32,000 nt of DNA from positions 24,148 to 56,147 of the forward strand of contig BAAFSQ010000040.1 of assembly GCA_054661495.1 (NCBI GenBank), written 5' to 3'. The translations under genes and the position numbers were made by a program. Below the pieces are notes generated by a model. That model saw only the letters and a program-made list of their open reading frames with translations, was not told where the DNA came from and did not search any database. This document shows, in pieces, positions 17,589 to 29,621 of this stretch. The DNA comes from Zygophlyctis sp. KS116 (lineage: Eukaryota; Fungi; Chytridiomycota). Position 1 is the first letter of the stretch, and the number at the start of each line of letters is the position of its first letter.

Positions 17589-17642
17589 CAATGGCAGCCC
17601 TAGTCAACGATTTTGGCGATCAAGATTTCAACTCTCAATATC

Positions 17643-18521
17643 ATGCAGGGAATGGATAAAATCAGAGAATTTATTAAAGATCCTAGCAATAATATATATG
17701 CTCTAGATCCTATTTCTGTAGAGAACAAGATTTCCAAAATTTTGGAGAAACGAGACAAGATTTCAGTGATTTCAGATTTCGACATGACAATGACAAAGTA
17801 TTGGAATAATGGAAAGAGATCGACGTCTTCGCATGGGATTCTGGAAGCTTATTCTAAATTACCGCCATCTTTTAAGGATGAATGCGCTGCCCTGTACAAG
17901 ACTTATTATCCAATTGAAGTCGATCATGAATTAACTGTAAAGGATAAAAATCCTCATATGGAAAAATGGTGGACTAGAGCTCATGAACTTATAGTAGATT
18001 TAGGAATTTACAAGAATGATATTACCAATATGTGTAAAGAGAATGGTGTGGTTTTTAGATCTGGATTATCTAAATTAGTGAATTCTTGTCTTGATCTAGG
18101 AATTCCGTTTTTGGTGTTTTCAGCAGGAATACAAGATATAATTCATGAATTATTATTACAAGGAAATCTATTCAAGGAAAATATGCATATAGTTTCAAAT
18201 AAACTTGACTATGATGAATCAGAAAAGGTTGTTGGATTTGTAGGGAAATTGATACATGTATTTAACAAGAATGAATCGGCAGTTGAAGATTTCAATTTCA
18301 AGAAATTAATACAATATAGAGATGTTGTAATTGTGATTGGGGACTCTTTAGGAGATTTAGGAATGTCTTCAGGGATCGATCATAGTTTGAAATTGACGAT
18401 TGGATATTTAAATCATGATGAAGAATTACTAATGGAGGCATATGCGTCTGCATTTGATATAGTAGTTTTAAAGGATTCTGGTTTGGATTTTGTGAATTTA
18501 TTGATTAGTTTACTAGAATAA
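17643..18521 (+). CDS. NT5C3: HAD-family pyrimidine/7-methylguanosine 5'-nucleotidase (cN-III, NT5C3)
   Basis: HAD motif I 'VISDFDMT', 'YYPIE', 'MEKWW', 'VFSAG', 'IHVFNK', motif IV 'GDSLGD'. Confidence 0.92.
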   Translation: MQGMDKIREFIKDPSNNIYALDPISVENKISKILEKRDKISVISDFDMTMTKYWNNGKRSTSSHGILEAYSKLPPSFKDECAALYKTYYPIEVDHELTVKDKNPHMEKWWTRAHELIVDLGIYKNDITNMCKENGVVFRSGLSKLVNSCLDLGIPFLVFSAGIQDIIHELLLQGNLFKENMHIVSNKLDYDESEKVVGFVGKLIHVFNKNESAVEDFNFKKLIQYRDVVIVIGDSLGDLGMSSGIDHSLKLTIGYLNHDEELLMEAYASAFDIVVLKDSGLDFVNLLISLLE

Positions 18522-18546
18522 TAACTAGAATAATAACTAGAATAAT
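18512..18546 (+). repeat. 12-bp tandem repeat (ACTAGAATAATA) x~3 overlapping the NT5C3 stop codon
   Basis: Sequence reads actagaataata actagaataata actagaataat. Confidence 0.9.
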
Positions 18547-18586
18547 CAACTTATCAACTGAGCACCTGGGCCTACTCTTGTCAAAA

Positions 18587-20780
18587 ATGCAAGATCTCTT
18601 TGACACTTTGCTTGATATTACTGCCAAATCAAGCTTTCTGAAGCCGGCAGAGGTTGCATTCCATGAATCTACAAATGAAAACTTTAAATCGAGTCTTGCA
18701 AGACAGAAATCCAAAGTCGATGGGTTGATCAGCAAGGTTTTAGATCATTTACAGGAAAAAGAGACATCAAAGGAAATACAGTATCATACAGTCTCCGATG
18801 TAGTTGACTCTTGTCTAGAAAAGGCTGATGTCCAAATGGATCTCTTGTCTGGAAAGATCAAGAAGCAAGTTTCTGTACAGGAACCATTGCATATTATAAA
18901 ACATGCAACTCAGTTGAGTAAACCGCAATTGAAATTTAAAGATGCAATTGATAATCTCAACTCTCCGTTTGTTCCAAAGTTGATTTCAAAGCCAAATGCT
19001 AAAAGACCTTTGGATTTTGATCAGCCAGGATCTAATAATATTTCTACAGAAATGTATGAACATATACAATCTATTCATAGTGTGACTGTTGGTCATCCAT
19101 ATGAATACGAAATAACAAATATCTCTTATCCATCAAATATGTTTTGCATTGCTCCAGAAATTCTGTACGAGGTAAATATTGGATTTAGTTTATCTTGATT
19201 AGACCATGGAAAAAACTCCATTTACTTGGATAGATACAGAAAATAAGCTGGAAGATTTAGCAAAAATATTAGATTCTGTTGATGTTATAGCTATAGATAC
19301 AGAACATCATGATTTAAGGTCTTTTCAAGGTTTTACATGTCTAATTCAGATTTCTACTCGAAAAGAGGATTATGTAATTGATGCTTTAGCATTAAGGCAT
19401 CATTTGCAAATTCTTAATTCTAGCTTTACTAATCCAGACATTATTAAAGTTTTTCACGGGGCTGATTCTGATATTCAATGGTTACAAAGGGATTTTGGGA
19501 TATATATTGTTAATCTATTTGATACTTATCATGCATCTCATGCTTTAGGACTTCAAGGGCATGGTTTGGCATTTTTATTGAAACATTATTGTAATGTAAT
19601 TACTGATAAACGTTTTCAAAGAGCTGATTGGAGAATAAGGTATAAAAAAGTTGGATTTTAATTAAATAGACCTATTCCAGCGGATATGCTGTTCTATGCA
19701 AGATCAGATACTCATTATTTACTTTATATTTATGATCGAATGAGAAATGAATTGATTGATAGTTCTGAAAATCTTAATTTGATGCAAATTGTACTTTCAA
19801 GATCCGCCGCTACATCTGCAAAGGTATATAAAAAAGAAATATATGATTCTGAAAATGGAGAAGGTCCTAATGGATGGAAAACAATGCTGCGAAAGTTTTC
19901 AAGAAGTATGAGGGCAGAACAGTTTGCTGTTTATCGGGCTTTGCATGCATGGAGAGATCAAAAAGCTAGGGATGCTGATGAATCTGTTCATTATGTACTA
20001 CCAAATCATATGCTGTTTAATCTAGTTGATATTTTACCTAATAATGCTCAGCAAGCATTAGCATGCTGCTCACCAATTCCCAACTTTGTGCGAATGTATG
20101 TGACTGAAATGATTAGTTTGATCGACAATGCAAGACAGGAGGCTATCAGGAATATGAAAGTAAAAGAGGAAGAACTTTCAAAGTTAAAAGCAGATCTGGA
20201 AGCTAAAGACCGTGAATTTAATAAACGGAAATTAGAAGGACCTATTCATATTCGATATGATAGTATCAGTAATGATAATATATCTACCGAAGCAGACTTT
20301 TCCGAGACTCCAGAAGCTCATTTAAACAAAAAGGTAAAGACTAGAGTTCTTGTTCGATTTATCGATTCATCAAGATTGTTGGGTAGTTGCCTCCAAAATA
20401 CTAAACCACCATCATTATTTAATAAGGCTATGAATCTGGAAAAGAATATGAAAATAGAAGTTACATCTGTTGCGATAAAACCTTCAATTGAAGAGCAAGT
20501 CGTAGTCAAATCAGATATGTCTCGTGAAGTGACCGGGACAGAGCCGATCAATATAGAAAAGAATTTGACAGAAGAATCTTCACCAAAGCGCAAAACAGAC
20601 TTTATAATTATTGGAGATGAAAAGATTAATATTGTTGCTGATATCGCGAAGGACAAGAGTAAAAGGAAGAAGCGATCAAAAAAGAAACTTAAAACAAGCT
20701 CAGCTACAAATCAGAATGTGGAATTAAAGGAAAAAAGTATAATCTCATTAGAATTGGAAAAGATGCAAAAAGACGGATAA
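18587..20780 (+). CDS. RRP6: Nuclear exosome exonuclease Rrp6/EXOSC10
   Basis: 'KPQLKF', 'HPYEYEI', DEDDy exonuclease motifs (IDTEHH, HGADSDIQWLQRDFG, DWRIRP, YARSDTHYLL) and HRDC (WRDQKARDADES). Introns 19172-19202 and 19640-19669. Confidence 0.95.
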
Positions 20781-20828
20781 ATCTAATTGATACGGAGATT
20801 TTTGTGGCTAAAAACCAGATATCGCCAT

Positions 20829-23800
20829 ATGAATGAATATATTGAGTCTATTCAAGATCTTGAAAGTTCTACATCGTCCATTCGTCTTGGAATTATTCGT
20901 AATTTGAGGCTAAAGATTCAGCATGGGCTTCCGCTGCCGTCCGATTCCAATCAACTTTCACTTCTGATTGCCAAATTGAAGCCGCGTCTCACAGATGCCT
21001 CACCAGAAGTTATTGTTCAGATTCTTTTATTTCTATCGGACATGATTGTTTATTTTTCTCATGAATCTGATACAGAACAAGCGCTGGAGCCCGCACTTCT
21101 AGGCATACTTCCCCGTAAGACCAAGTTTATTTGATCATTAGAACTTATCAACCTGCTTGGATATTCTCAATCAACAGTCCGAAAGACTGCATCAGAGACT
21201 CACAAATGTTATCTTCGCCATGTCAAGAATCCAGGACCATTTATTACGTGTCTGATAAAGTATGGGATAGAGAATGAGGAATGGCGTACTAGAAGGGAAG
21301 CATTGATCGCTTTTAACACACTAATAACTCCAGAAATAGGTGAATTTGATTCAAGTCATGTTGTCACTGCATTGATATCTAGACTGCGAGATGTTTCAGA
21401 AATTGTCGTACAACATGCAGTCAATTCATTAAGTCATCTCAAAAACTTGATTGGAGAAGATGTACTTCTGGGATATGTCAGAAAGTTATCTAATATATCA
21501 AGACAATTGTTTAGGCAATATCAGGCGCTTATAATACAGGATAAAAACTCAAAGTTACCTGCCCCATTACGGAAAAACCTTCCAATAAGTGAAATAAACA
21601 TTTCAATGCCTGGATATACATCACAAGTAAAGCTTTCGGATGCATCAAAGGTATCTGATTCTCAGTCTTTTAGTGCCAGTCAAAATATTGTATTTGGCTA
21701 CGTGCCAGAAGAACTAATAGAGCACATTAAAAACAATTCTGATTATAAAATAAGATCCCAATCAATCGAAAAGCTTCATCAAATAACTCAAGCAATAACC
21801 GATCCTTCAGTTTTGAAAAAAGATATTAAAGGACTATTAGAATATTTGGTTTCATTTTTGAATGATTCTAATTTCAAAATAACTCTCACATCTATTTACA
21901 TAATTGGTCAAATTATTGATATTTCTGGCTTGGAAATAGTTCATCAACTGGCATATATATGTAGTCATCTAATCGCCAAATTATCAGATAATAAGGCTAT
22001 TATTCGGCAGGCTGCTATAAAAATAATTATAAAGCTGATGAGAAATATAGAAGCACCGTCCGTATTAGAAATATGCTTGGCATCAATGGGAGATACTAAT
22101 CCTCGTATCAGAGAGGAAGTGATTAATCTAACAAGCGTAGCATTGCTCACATTTACGAACACTGAATTCAACTACAGGATGATAATCAAATCTTTAGCTC
22201 CATCTCTTAAAGATGCAAAGCCAAAAGTAAAGTTTGTTGCAATGGAGACATTTGCTATAATGACTCAGTTTATTTCTTCAGAACAATTAATTCTTCTACT
22301 AGAGGAAGTTGGATTAGATGATGAGTCTAGAGAGCTATTGAATTTGAGATTCAAAGACCCTATTCTTCCTTATTTGAATTCAGAAGGAATACTTATTCAT
22401 ACGATTTCAAGATCTAACAATCAAACACCCGCACCTTCACCCATGAATAGAGACGGATCCAAAATGTTTGTGCCTAAAATTTCTTCGAAATCTTCAGTTT
22501 TTGCAAAATCTTTTTTAGAGCCAAACAGACCGCTATCAGAATTAGGCACGGTTTCAACCGACGGAAAGGATGTTTCAGACGCAATACTCGAAGCTAAATT
22601 ATCTACTGTTAGATTGTCTAATGAATCCATAAACGGTACAGATCTATCTCAGTCTGAAATCAAAAGAAATAGGAGTTTTTCAGAATCCAAAGCTGCTCAA
22701 AAAGAGCCACCGAATTCTGAGCTCAGCAAACAAAATAGTAAGCATTTTTCAATATATGCGCCAGATTTTCGGGTTAAATCATCATCAAAACTGTAATTTT
22801 TATATGTTTAAAACTAGCCAATCATCTATGGATCAAGAAATTAATTCCGATTCACCATTTGCTTCTACATCTAAACTGCGAAGAACTCCTCCACCTGAAA
22901 CGGTTCAAGAAAATGATGGAATAGCGGATAAAATTAACGTATATAGAAATGATATTATGGATTTGAATGATTCCAAAAAATCCGTAGAAACTCCTAAGTC
23001 TGATGGGGCGGCGAGGATTGCAAAAACTCTTTCTGCCCCTCCAGTGCGAATGAGGGCCTTAGAAGATAATGAATCCTCATCTTTAGATTCTATTGATCCA
23101 TCCCCGACACGAGCAAAGACTTCAACATCTAAATCTCCTAAACTTAGCTTAGCATCTCGGAGAAGAATGGATGCAAAGAATGCTCAAAGTATTGAGCAGA
23201 CAGCAGCTGTAAAAGAGCGTGAAAAAGAACAGAAATTAAAAAATCAAATCGAACAAGATTATAGAGATGCAGTACAGCTTATAAGGGCTAATGCAGAATG
23301 GAACGAAATCTCAGGGGCTCTGCTCACTGTGCAAAAAGTTATAAAGGTGCGCCCAGATCTAATTCTAGAAAGCTTGCATGACATTACTCTGTCTTTAATT
23401 GGGCAAGTTCATAATCTACGATCTTCAGTTGCGAAAATAGCGATTGCATGTTTTAATGACATGTTTATTAAATTCAAAAAATTGATGGACACCGATCTGG
23501 ACTTGACCGCAAATGCAATTCTAAAAAAGATTGGAGAGAGTGGGTTTCTAGTCGATGAAGCGATTAAATGCCTATCAAGTATGATAGAGAATGTCACAAA
23601 TACAAGAATGATTCAGGTTTTGATTAACAATTCTGATCATAAAAACGCAGCAATAAGACTTCGGGTCTCTTTACTATTGGAAAATGCAATAACCTCATTA
23701 AGTGATATTCTTGGGTCAAAATATGTTTCGTCGCTTAGAGATATGGAAAAACTTCTTCCTATACTGGTCAAATTTCTGCGAGAAGGATTAGCAGAATCTC

Positions 23801-24789
23801 GCAATGCGGCAAAAAGGAGCATTTATTTCTTATCCAAGTTTCCTGATTTCGATAAAGCGGTTTTAAAAACATTATCTTCATCCCAGATAAGAGAGCTAAA
23901 GGAAGCGATTGATTTTGTTCGAAACAAGGCAGAAACATCAGAAGAACCAGCAGCGAGAGGTAAACGACTCTTTTTATTTAATTCTAGATGATTATAATTT
24001 GGAAATCGCTCTAGAGCCATTATCCAAACCAAAGACTAAAATTCCTCCCTCAAAAATAACAAAAGAGAACAAATCGGATGAAAATGAGTCTATTTATGCA
24101 GAAATTTCTTCAGTAGACTGGAAAAGAAGATCACAAGCTATTGACAACATCTCGAAAGTGATCTTGCATTCTCCTCGAGATTTCAGAGATAGACAAACAG
24201 TACAAAAATTGTTTGATGTGCTTCTAGCACGGTGTCGAGATGGAAATTCCAAGGTGACCACAATTGCTCTTGAAAGTCTTACAAAAATCATCCCAGTACT
24301 CGGAGTAAGTCGAAAATTAGAACTAAACAAAGTCGTCCTTAGATCCTGTGCTGAATCTCTTGATTCCTGTGATAACTGCACAAATAATCTCTTCCACTCC
24401 AAATATTCGAAGATTGTCTGGAGAGGTCATGGATAAATTAATTGAATTTTCCGATGCTCTTCTCATCATCCAATCTCTTACAAATATTGCACAATTCGGA
24501 AACAATCCCAAACTCAAGCCGCTAATTGTAGAAAAGCTTTGCTGTAACTTATAATTTATTAAATCTAGTTATTGTATCTTCCTATTACGCCACCAAGCCG
24601 GCACCAATCATCAAATACATAATTCCAGTATCTCTAAAGATACTGAAAGAATCTCGACCAGAACTTAGAAATATCAATGATAAATTACTTCAATCCCTAA
24701 AAAATCAAATGGGCAGCACGCTTTTAACCCATACCGGAAGTCAGACAAACCTAGTCAGAGAGAGACTTTCTGCCTTGGATAGAGCCTGA
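20829..24789 (+). CDS. Multi-TOG/HEAT-repeat protein, TOGARAM/crescerin-like (CLASP-related)
   Basis: HEAT repeats with 'FLNDSNFKI', 'NPRIREEVIN', 'NLRSSVAK', 'DWKRR', 'DGNSKV' and a central S/P-rich linker. Introns 21115-21141, 22793-22817, 23960-23987, 24305-24332, 24544-24568. Start ATG uncertain. Confidence 0.78.
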
Positions 24790-24796
24790 ACATAAT

Positions 24797-25790
24797 CTAT
24801 CCCATATTCTTGGAAAAATCCTCTGATGGATTTATAGACTGGGTAAAAGTCATTAGCCTTTTAATGCTTTGAATCCATTTTCTCGTAGTCTTTTAAAATT
24901 TAACCTAAAAATACATACCTCATCATTTAAAACATGCCCTGCTGATTTACTTGTTTCAATCCTTTCCAAAGCAGACCTTTCATGAATTGAAGTTCCAGAA
25001 ATACCAATTGGCCAAGCCGCATTTCCAATAGATAACTTTAAATAGACATCATTTGCCTTTTGATATTCACGAATTTGCATATATTCACACATTTCTACAA
25101 TTTTGAGTAAAATTTCATGATCAATTTGTCCTTTTCTCAATTTCTTAAAAAACGGCTTCAAATACTCCTTTGACTGTGAACAATTCCCAGCCAATCTCTT
25201 CCCTTGAGTCGATTTTTTCTCATCTTGCGACCTATTTTCTAAAGATGTCTCCCAGTCTCTAATAATCCTTTGAAAATAAACAGATATCAACTTTGAGACC
25301 CGTTGAGGATCTGCAATGAAATGATCAGTCGTTATCAGACTAGTATCAAAATCTGGATTATCCAAATCTTTATCTTTTGAATTTTTAAAATTCCCATAAA
25401 TCTTTTTTAATTCAGACTCTTCTTCATTTGCATCTAAAAATTCCAAATAATCATTTCTTTGCCCATTTTTAGACTCTTCTCTAGCCTCTATTTTCCCCAA
25501 TCGAACTAATCTTGCAGAATCCGATTCATCAAAAAGCTTTATCGGTTCATTTTTAGCTCTAAATCTCTTAATTATTTCTTCCAAAGGAACTTGAGGCTCT
25601 TCTTTTTCACAAGATTTCTTTTTAGAAAATGTCTGTTCCTTTTCCTGAATTTGCTCTGAAACTCTGGTTTCTTCTAATGCTGATCTCTTTATGTATTTTG
25701 CCCCTTTTGCAACACTATCCAAATGTTTTCTCTTTTTTTCAATCTCTGCCTTTTAAATTAGCAACCTGAAAATACCTTTAAAATGTCCAT
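24797..25790 (-). CDS. PRP18: Second-step splicing factor Prp18
   Basis: MDILKAEIEKKRK start, SFM motif 'EPIKLFDES', 'YLKLSIGNAAWPIG', 'IHERSA', 'HVLNDETTRKWIQSIKRLMT'. Introns 25750-25775 and 24890-24918. Confidence 0.94.
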
Positions 25791-25882
25791 TTTCACTAGA
25801 GTTTTAGGATAAAATTCAGGTTTGTGTGTAGACTTTTAGTTATTGATATATCAATGGATTCACGTAATTAATTTCCTTTTTT

Positions 25883-26565
25883 TTAAAGTTGAATACTATA
25901 GCTAATCCTAGTAATTCCTTTTTTGATTGTAATTTTCTTTATATCAATCCCTTTTAAAATCCCTAAAGATTCTAAATGAGTTCCTCCACATCCACATTCA
26001 GGAAATCCTTGAATTTGTACAAATCTCTTCCCATCTTTAGAATAAACAAAGATTTTAGAATCATTTTGAATTGCATCTTTTAAAAGACTTGAAAACTCTT
26101 GTAAATCTCCATTCCAAGTCCCTGTAAATTCAACATAGGATCCTAAAGGATAATGATGTCCTTTTTTTTCTACTAAATCTCTTGTAATTGTTTTTACTAT
26201 TGAGAAAATTAAATGACCAGCAGTATGTAAAGCAGAATGTAAAAGACGATCTTTAGAATTTACCTTTAAAGTTACTATGGATCCAATATTTAATTCAAAA
26301 TCTGGAATTTTACAAAAATGAGATACGATAGATCCATTGAATTTAACAGTTTGTATAGGAATTTCTCTAGAGTCCAAAAGTATTATTCCAGTGTCTGATG
26401 GTTGTCCTCCACCCTGTTATTATAAACTAGAACGTGTACCTGTGGATGCAAAATTGTTTTATCAAGAATAATTTCTATAAAGTCTGAATCTGGAACGGGG
26501 TTTATAGACTGGATAGTTGCTTGTGTTTCTAAAGTAGAGGAATTCAAGTATAATAGACTAGTCAT
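25883..26565 (-). CDS. Free-standing alanyl-tRNA editing protein (AlaX family)
   Basis: 'LDKTILHPQGGGQPSDTG' after removing intron 26414-26439; zinc ligands HTAGH and CGGTH. Confidence 0.88.
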
Positions 26566-26793
26566 TTTGCTTTACTGAAATTTAAAAACTTAAAAATTTC
26601 TTTATAATTACAATAAATCAAATAGTAAAAGTAGGAAAACTCAAAAAATTTAGGACCTCAAATAATTTAGGTTGAATAGTTTATTTAATTTTTACAAGGG
26701 TTTCACAGGGCTGTAAAAGTCTCTAGGTCAAAGTCTGCCACCCATTTGCATTTTAATTTTTCTTGTTTCATTGAAATTTCCTAAATTCAAAGG

Positions 26794-27260
26794 ATGCCAA
26801 AGGTCAAAAGAGGAAAGAAACTGCCTCCCGATGGTTGGGAGATTATAGAACCAACTCTTGAAGAACTTCATAGGAAAATGAGACTTGCAGAGAATGAATC
26901 TAATGATGGAAAAAGGAAAATGGAAAGTGTTTGGGGAGTCATGAGAGTTCATCATCAGAGAACTCGTTATATCTATGATATGTACTACAAGAGAAATGCA
27001 ATCTCTAAACAAGTCTATGATTACTGTTTAAAGGAAGGTTATGCAGATGGAGCTCTAATTGCAAAATGGAAAAAGGTAATAAAGGTTTTTAATTTTAGAC
27101 TGGATATGAAAAATTATGTTGTCTAACTTGTATTCAGCCAAGAGATACTAATTTTGGAAATGCATGTATTTGTAGAGTTCCAAGAGACAAGTTGAATCAA
27201 GATAAAATTATTGAATGTCCTGCATGTGGTTGTCGTGGTTGTGCATCTGGAAGTGGATAA
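26794..27260 (+). CDS. BUD31: Splicing factor Bud31/G10
   Basis: '[12 protein letters not shown]', '[10 protein letters not shown]', '[16 protein letters not shown]', 'CICRVP', 'CGCRGCAS'. Intron 27076-27098. Confidence 0.97.
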
Positions 27261-27276
27261 TACAAATTGATAAAAT

Positions 27277-27782
27277 TTATATTCCTTGGATTGTTGCTAA
27301 AATTGATCTTTTACCTCCATGATTTCGGAATTCTCCAAGCCAAATTCCTTGCCAAGTTCTAGAAATTTAAAATCTTGTAAATTACCCAAGTGCTAATTTT
27401 CCTTGGGATATTGGAATCGTTAAAGAAACTCCCATTAAAGAAGATTTAACATGTGCAGGGAGATCATCAGGCCCTTCATCAGAATGATTATAATAGTTTC
27501 CTTCAGGCACAAGTTTGTCTAGTACATTTTCAAGATCTATTCGGACATTGGGATCACAATTCTATTTTATAAAGAAATTTAGAAAAATACTTCATTGAGT
27601 GTAAGACCAGCAGATGTATGCTGTAGGAGTAAGACTAATAGTCCAGTTGATATAGACTTTAGATCAGGTAATTGGGATTCGATCTCTTTAATTAAGAAAA
27701 TAGAATGGTTACCATTTGTGATCAAGTGGAATCCCCTGCTTTTAGAGGGTAAGAGAATCTTTTTTTGGATCCATCGGCTCAT
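27277..27782 (-). CDS. YjbQ/UPF0047 family protein
   Basis: 'SRGFHLIT', '[16 protein letters not shown]', '[14 protein letters not shown]', 'LGTWQGIWL.EFR'. Introns 27686-27712, 27562-27590, 27359-27385. Confidence 0.93.
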
Positions 27783-27842
27783 TGCTACAACAGTTAAAAC
27801 CGCGGCCTCAACACGCTCCTTTTTAAACGCGTAACACACTCA

Positions 27843-28515
27843 ATGACCGATAACGTTGTGAGAGAGAGAAAGGCAAAGACTGCTCCTAAAAATGACAAGA
27901 ATGATCAAAAAAAGGAAACATCTGATGCTCCTCCAGCTAAAAAAGGGAGATCGTGTCTACAGCGATTGGTAATTGCTATTCTTTTAGCAATTGCGATTTC
28001 TTTTGTTTTAACTGGAACATTTTTTTATGGATTTCAGCTTCCTTCAATGGCTAAAGTGAAGCATATTTTAGTAATTTCAGATACGATTAACTAATTAGGA
28101 AAAGGAAATCTCTCTTACTGAAAAAGAATTGTCTAAATTCGATGGGACCGATCCAAATCTACCAATATATATTGCTATACAGTAAGGTTAAGTTGGTTTT
28201 ACTCAAAGAGGGAAAATTTATGATGTTTCTGCTGGACCATCGTATTATGGACCAGGAGGTAGTTATCATTTCTTTGCTGGGAGAGATGCTTCAAGAGCGT
28301 ATATTACAGGTATTAAAAGAGATTTAAAGGTTTTAGGATGTTTTTCTACTCATTTAACACATGATTTAAGAGGTCTATCTGATGCTCAAATTGCATCTCT
28401 AAAAACATGGACAGATTTTTATGAAACTAGTTCAAAATATTTTTATGTTGGAAAGGTAATTCATGATCCAATTGATCCAAACTCTGAAATTCCAAAGGAT
28501 TGTACCTCTCAATAG
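27843..28515 (+). CDS. Membrane-anchored cytochrome b5-like heme/steroid-binding protein (MAPR family)
   Basis: N-terminal TM segment, then 'ELSKFDGTDPNLPIYIAI.GKIYDVS', 'YGPGGSYHFFAGRDASRAYITG'. Introns 28071-28098, 28182-28208, 28310-28336. Confidence 0.92.
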
Positions 28516-28527
28516 ATTTTTGGAGTT

Positions 28528-29577
28528 TTATTCCTTTTTTGAGAGTATTGCAAATAAAAAGAGTGATAACAATGTGGCGATTACTATTTCTGTTTTAGGA
28601 TCTGTTTGATTGTTTTCAGAATGAATTACTGATGTATTCATTCTAGGATCCTTTAATAAGAGTTGGACAATTGACTCGTGTCCTAATTTAGAAGCAATTC
28701 TAAGAGCCATATCATCTTCTGATCTAGGATTCACTCGAGAGTCTTTTAATAGTTTTTCTACTAATTCTAAATTTCCATGATATGCTGCCCAAATAATGAT
28801 GAAATTGTTATTGACGGTTGGATCTACTCTTGCATCTTTAAGAAGTCGTAAAACTATATCTCCATATCCATTCTTTGAGGCTAAAATTAACGCTTGGCTA
28901 TTGAGAGCTGAAGGATCCACTTTACCTGTATTTAGTAAACTTTCAACAATCTCTAAATATCCGTTATCAGATGCGATCCTAATGGCCATATTATTTCGGG
29001 CAGCAGGATCAACTTTTGTTTTAGATAGAAGAGTATTGACAATATTTACATGTCCATTTTCAGCCGCTAAAATAATTGACATATTATCAACAACTGTTAG
29101 ATCAACCTTTGGATTCTCGATAAGAAAATCAACAATATCCAAATGTCCAAATTCACAAGCCAAAATTAATGCTCGATTGTTTTGTGCTGAAGGATTAACA
29201 TTTTTCAATGTTTTCATTATATCCAAAGATCCATATTTAGAAGCTAAAATGAAAAGTAATGTCTGGTCAAAATCGGGATTCAGTAGCAATTGGTCTAAAT
29301 GGATTTGATTAATCTGAAAATCGTTGTCCATGAGTCTTGTGAATGCAGCATATTCATCTAAAAAAGTATTATGATATCTTAATGGATTATTTAGTTTATG
29401 ATCAAGAGGATCATCATTAAAGGTATTGTAATCTTTTGCCAGAGCATAAGCATCTTCAAAGGCAAGTAATTTCATGAATTGATGAAAGTTGTTTTGATTT
29501 AATGAATGATCGTCAACCTGAATAATCGGATGAGCAATTAGCAATTGGACCAAGTAAAGAATGCTAATTGTTTTCAT
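28528..29577 (-). CDS. Ankyrin-repeat protein with predicted signal peptide and C-terminal hydrophobic anchor
   Basis: MKTISILYLVQLLIA signal-like N-terminus; about 6-7 repeats of type 'VDPSA.NN.AI..AS.NG...IV..LL'; C-terminal 'IVIATLLSLFLFAILSKKE'; intronless. Confidence 0.88.
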   Translation of the reverse strand: MKTISILYLVQLLIAHPIIQVDDHSLNQNNFHQFMKLLAFEDAYALAKDYNTFNDDPLDHKLNNPLRYHNTFLDEYAAFTRLMDNDFQINQIHLDQLLLNPDFDQTLLFILASKYGSLDIMKTLKNVNPSAQNNRALILACEFGHLDIVDFLIENPKVDLTVVDNMSIILAAENGHVNIVNTLLSKTKVDPAARNNMAIRIASDNGYLEIVESLLNTGKVDPSALNSQALILASKNGYGDIVLRLLKDARVDPTVNNNFIIIWAAYHGNLELVEKLLKDSRVNPRSEDDMALRIASKLGHESIVQLLLKDPRMNTSVIHSENNQTDPKTEIVIATLLSLFLFAILSKKE

Positions 29578-29621
29578 GATATTGAGTTAATTGACAAATT
29601 ATTGCCTAGGTCAAAACTGTA

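Noticed and set aside
18512-18546. CRISPR-like or mobile-element interpretation of short repeats
   Set aside because: Contiguous tandem copies without spacers in a eukaryotic context; no transposase, terminal inverted repeats or cas genes.
25883-27782. Bacterial contamination or recent horizontal transfer for AlaX and YjbQ
   Set aside because: Both carry the host's tiny introns, and both families are widespread in eukaryotes including fungi.
28796-29308. 170-aa plus-strand ORF with internal periodicity
   Set aside because: Exact antisense of the ankyrin repeats; the periodicity is inherited from them.
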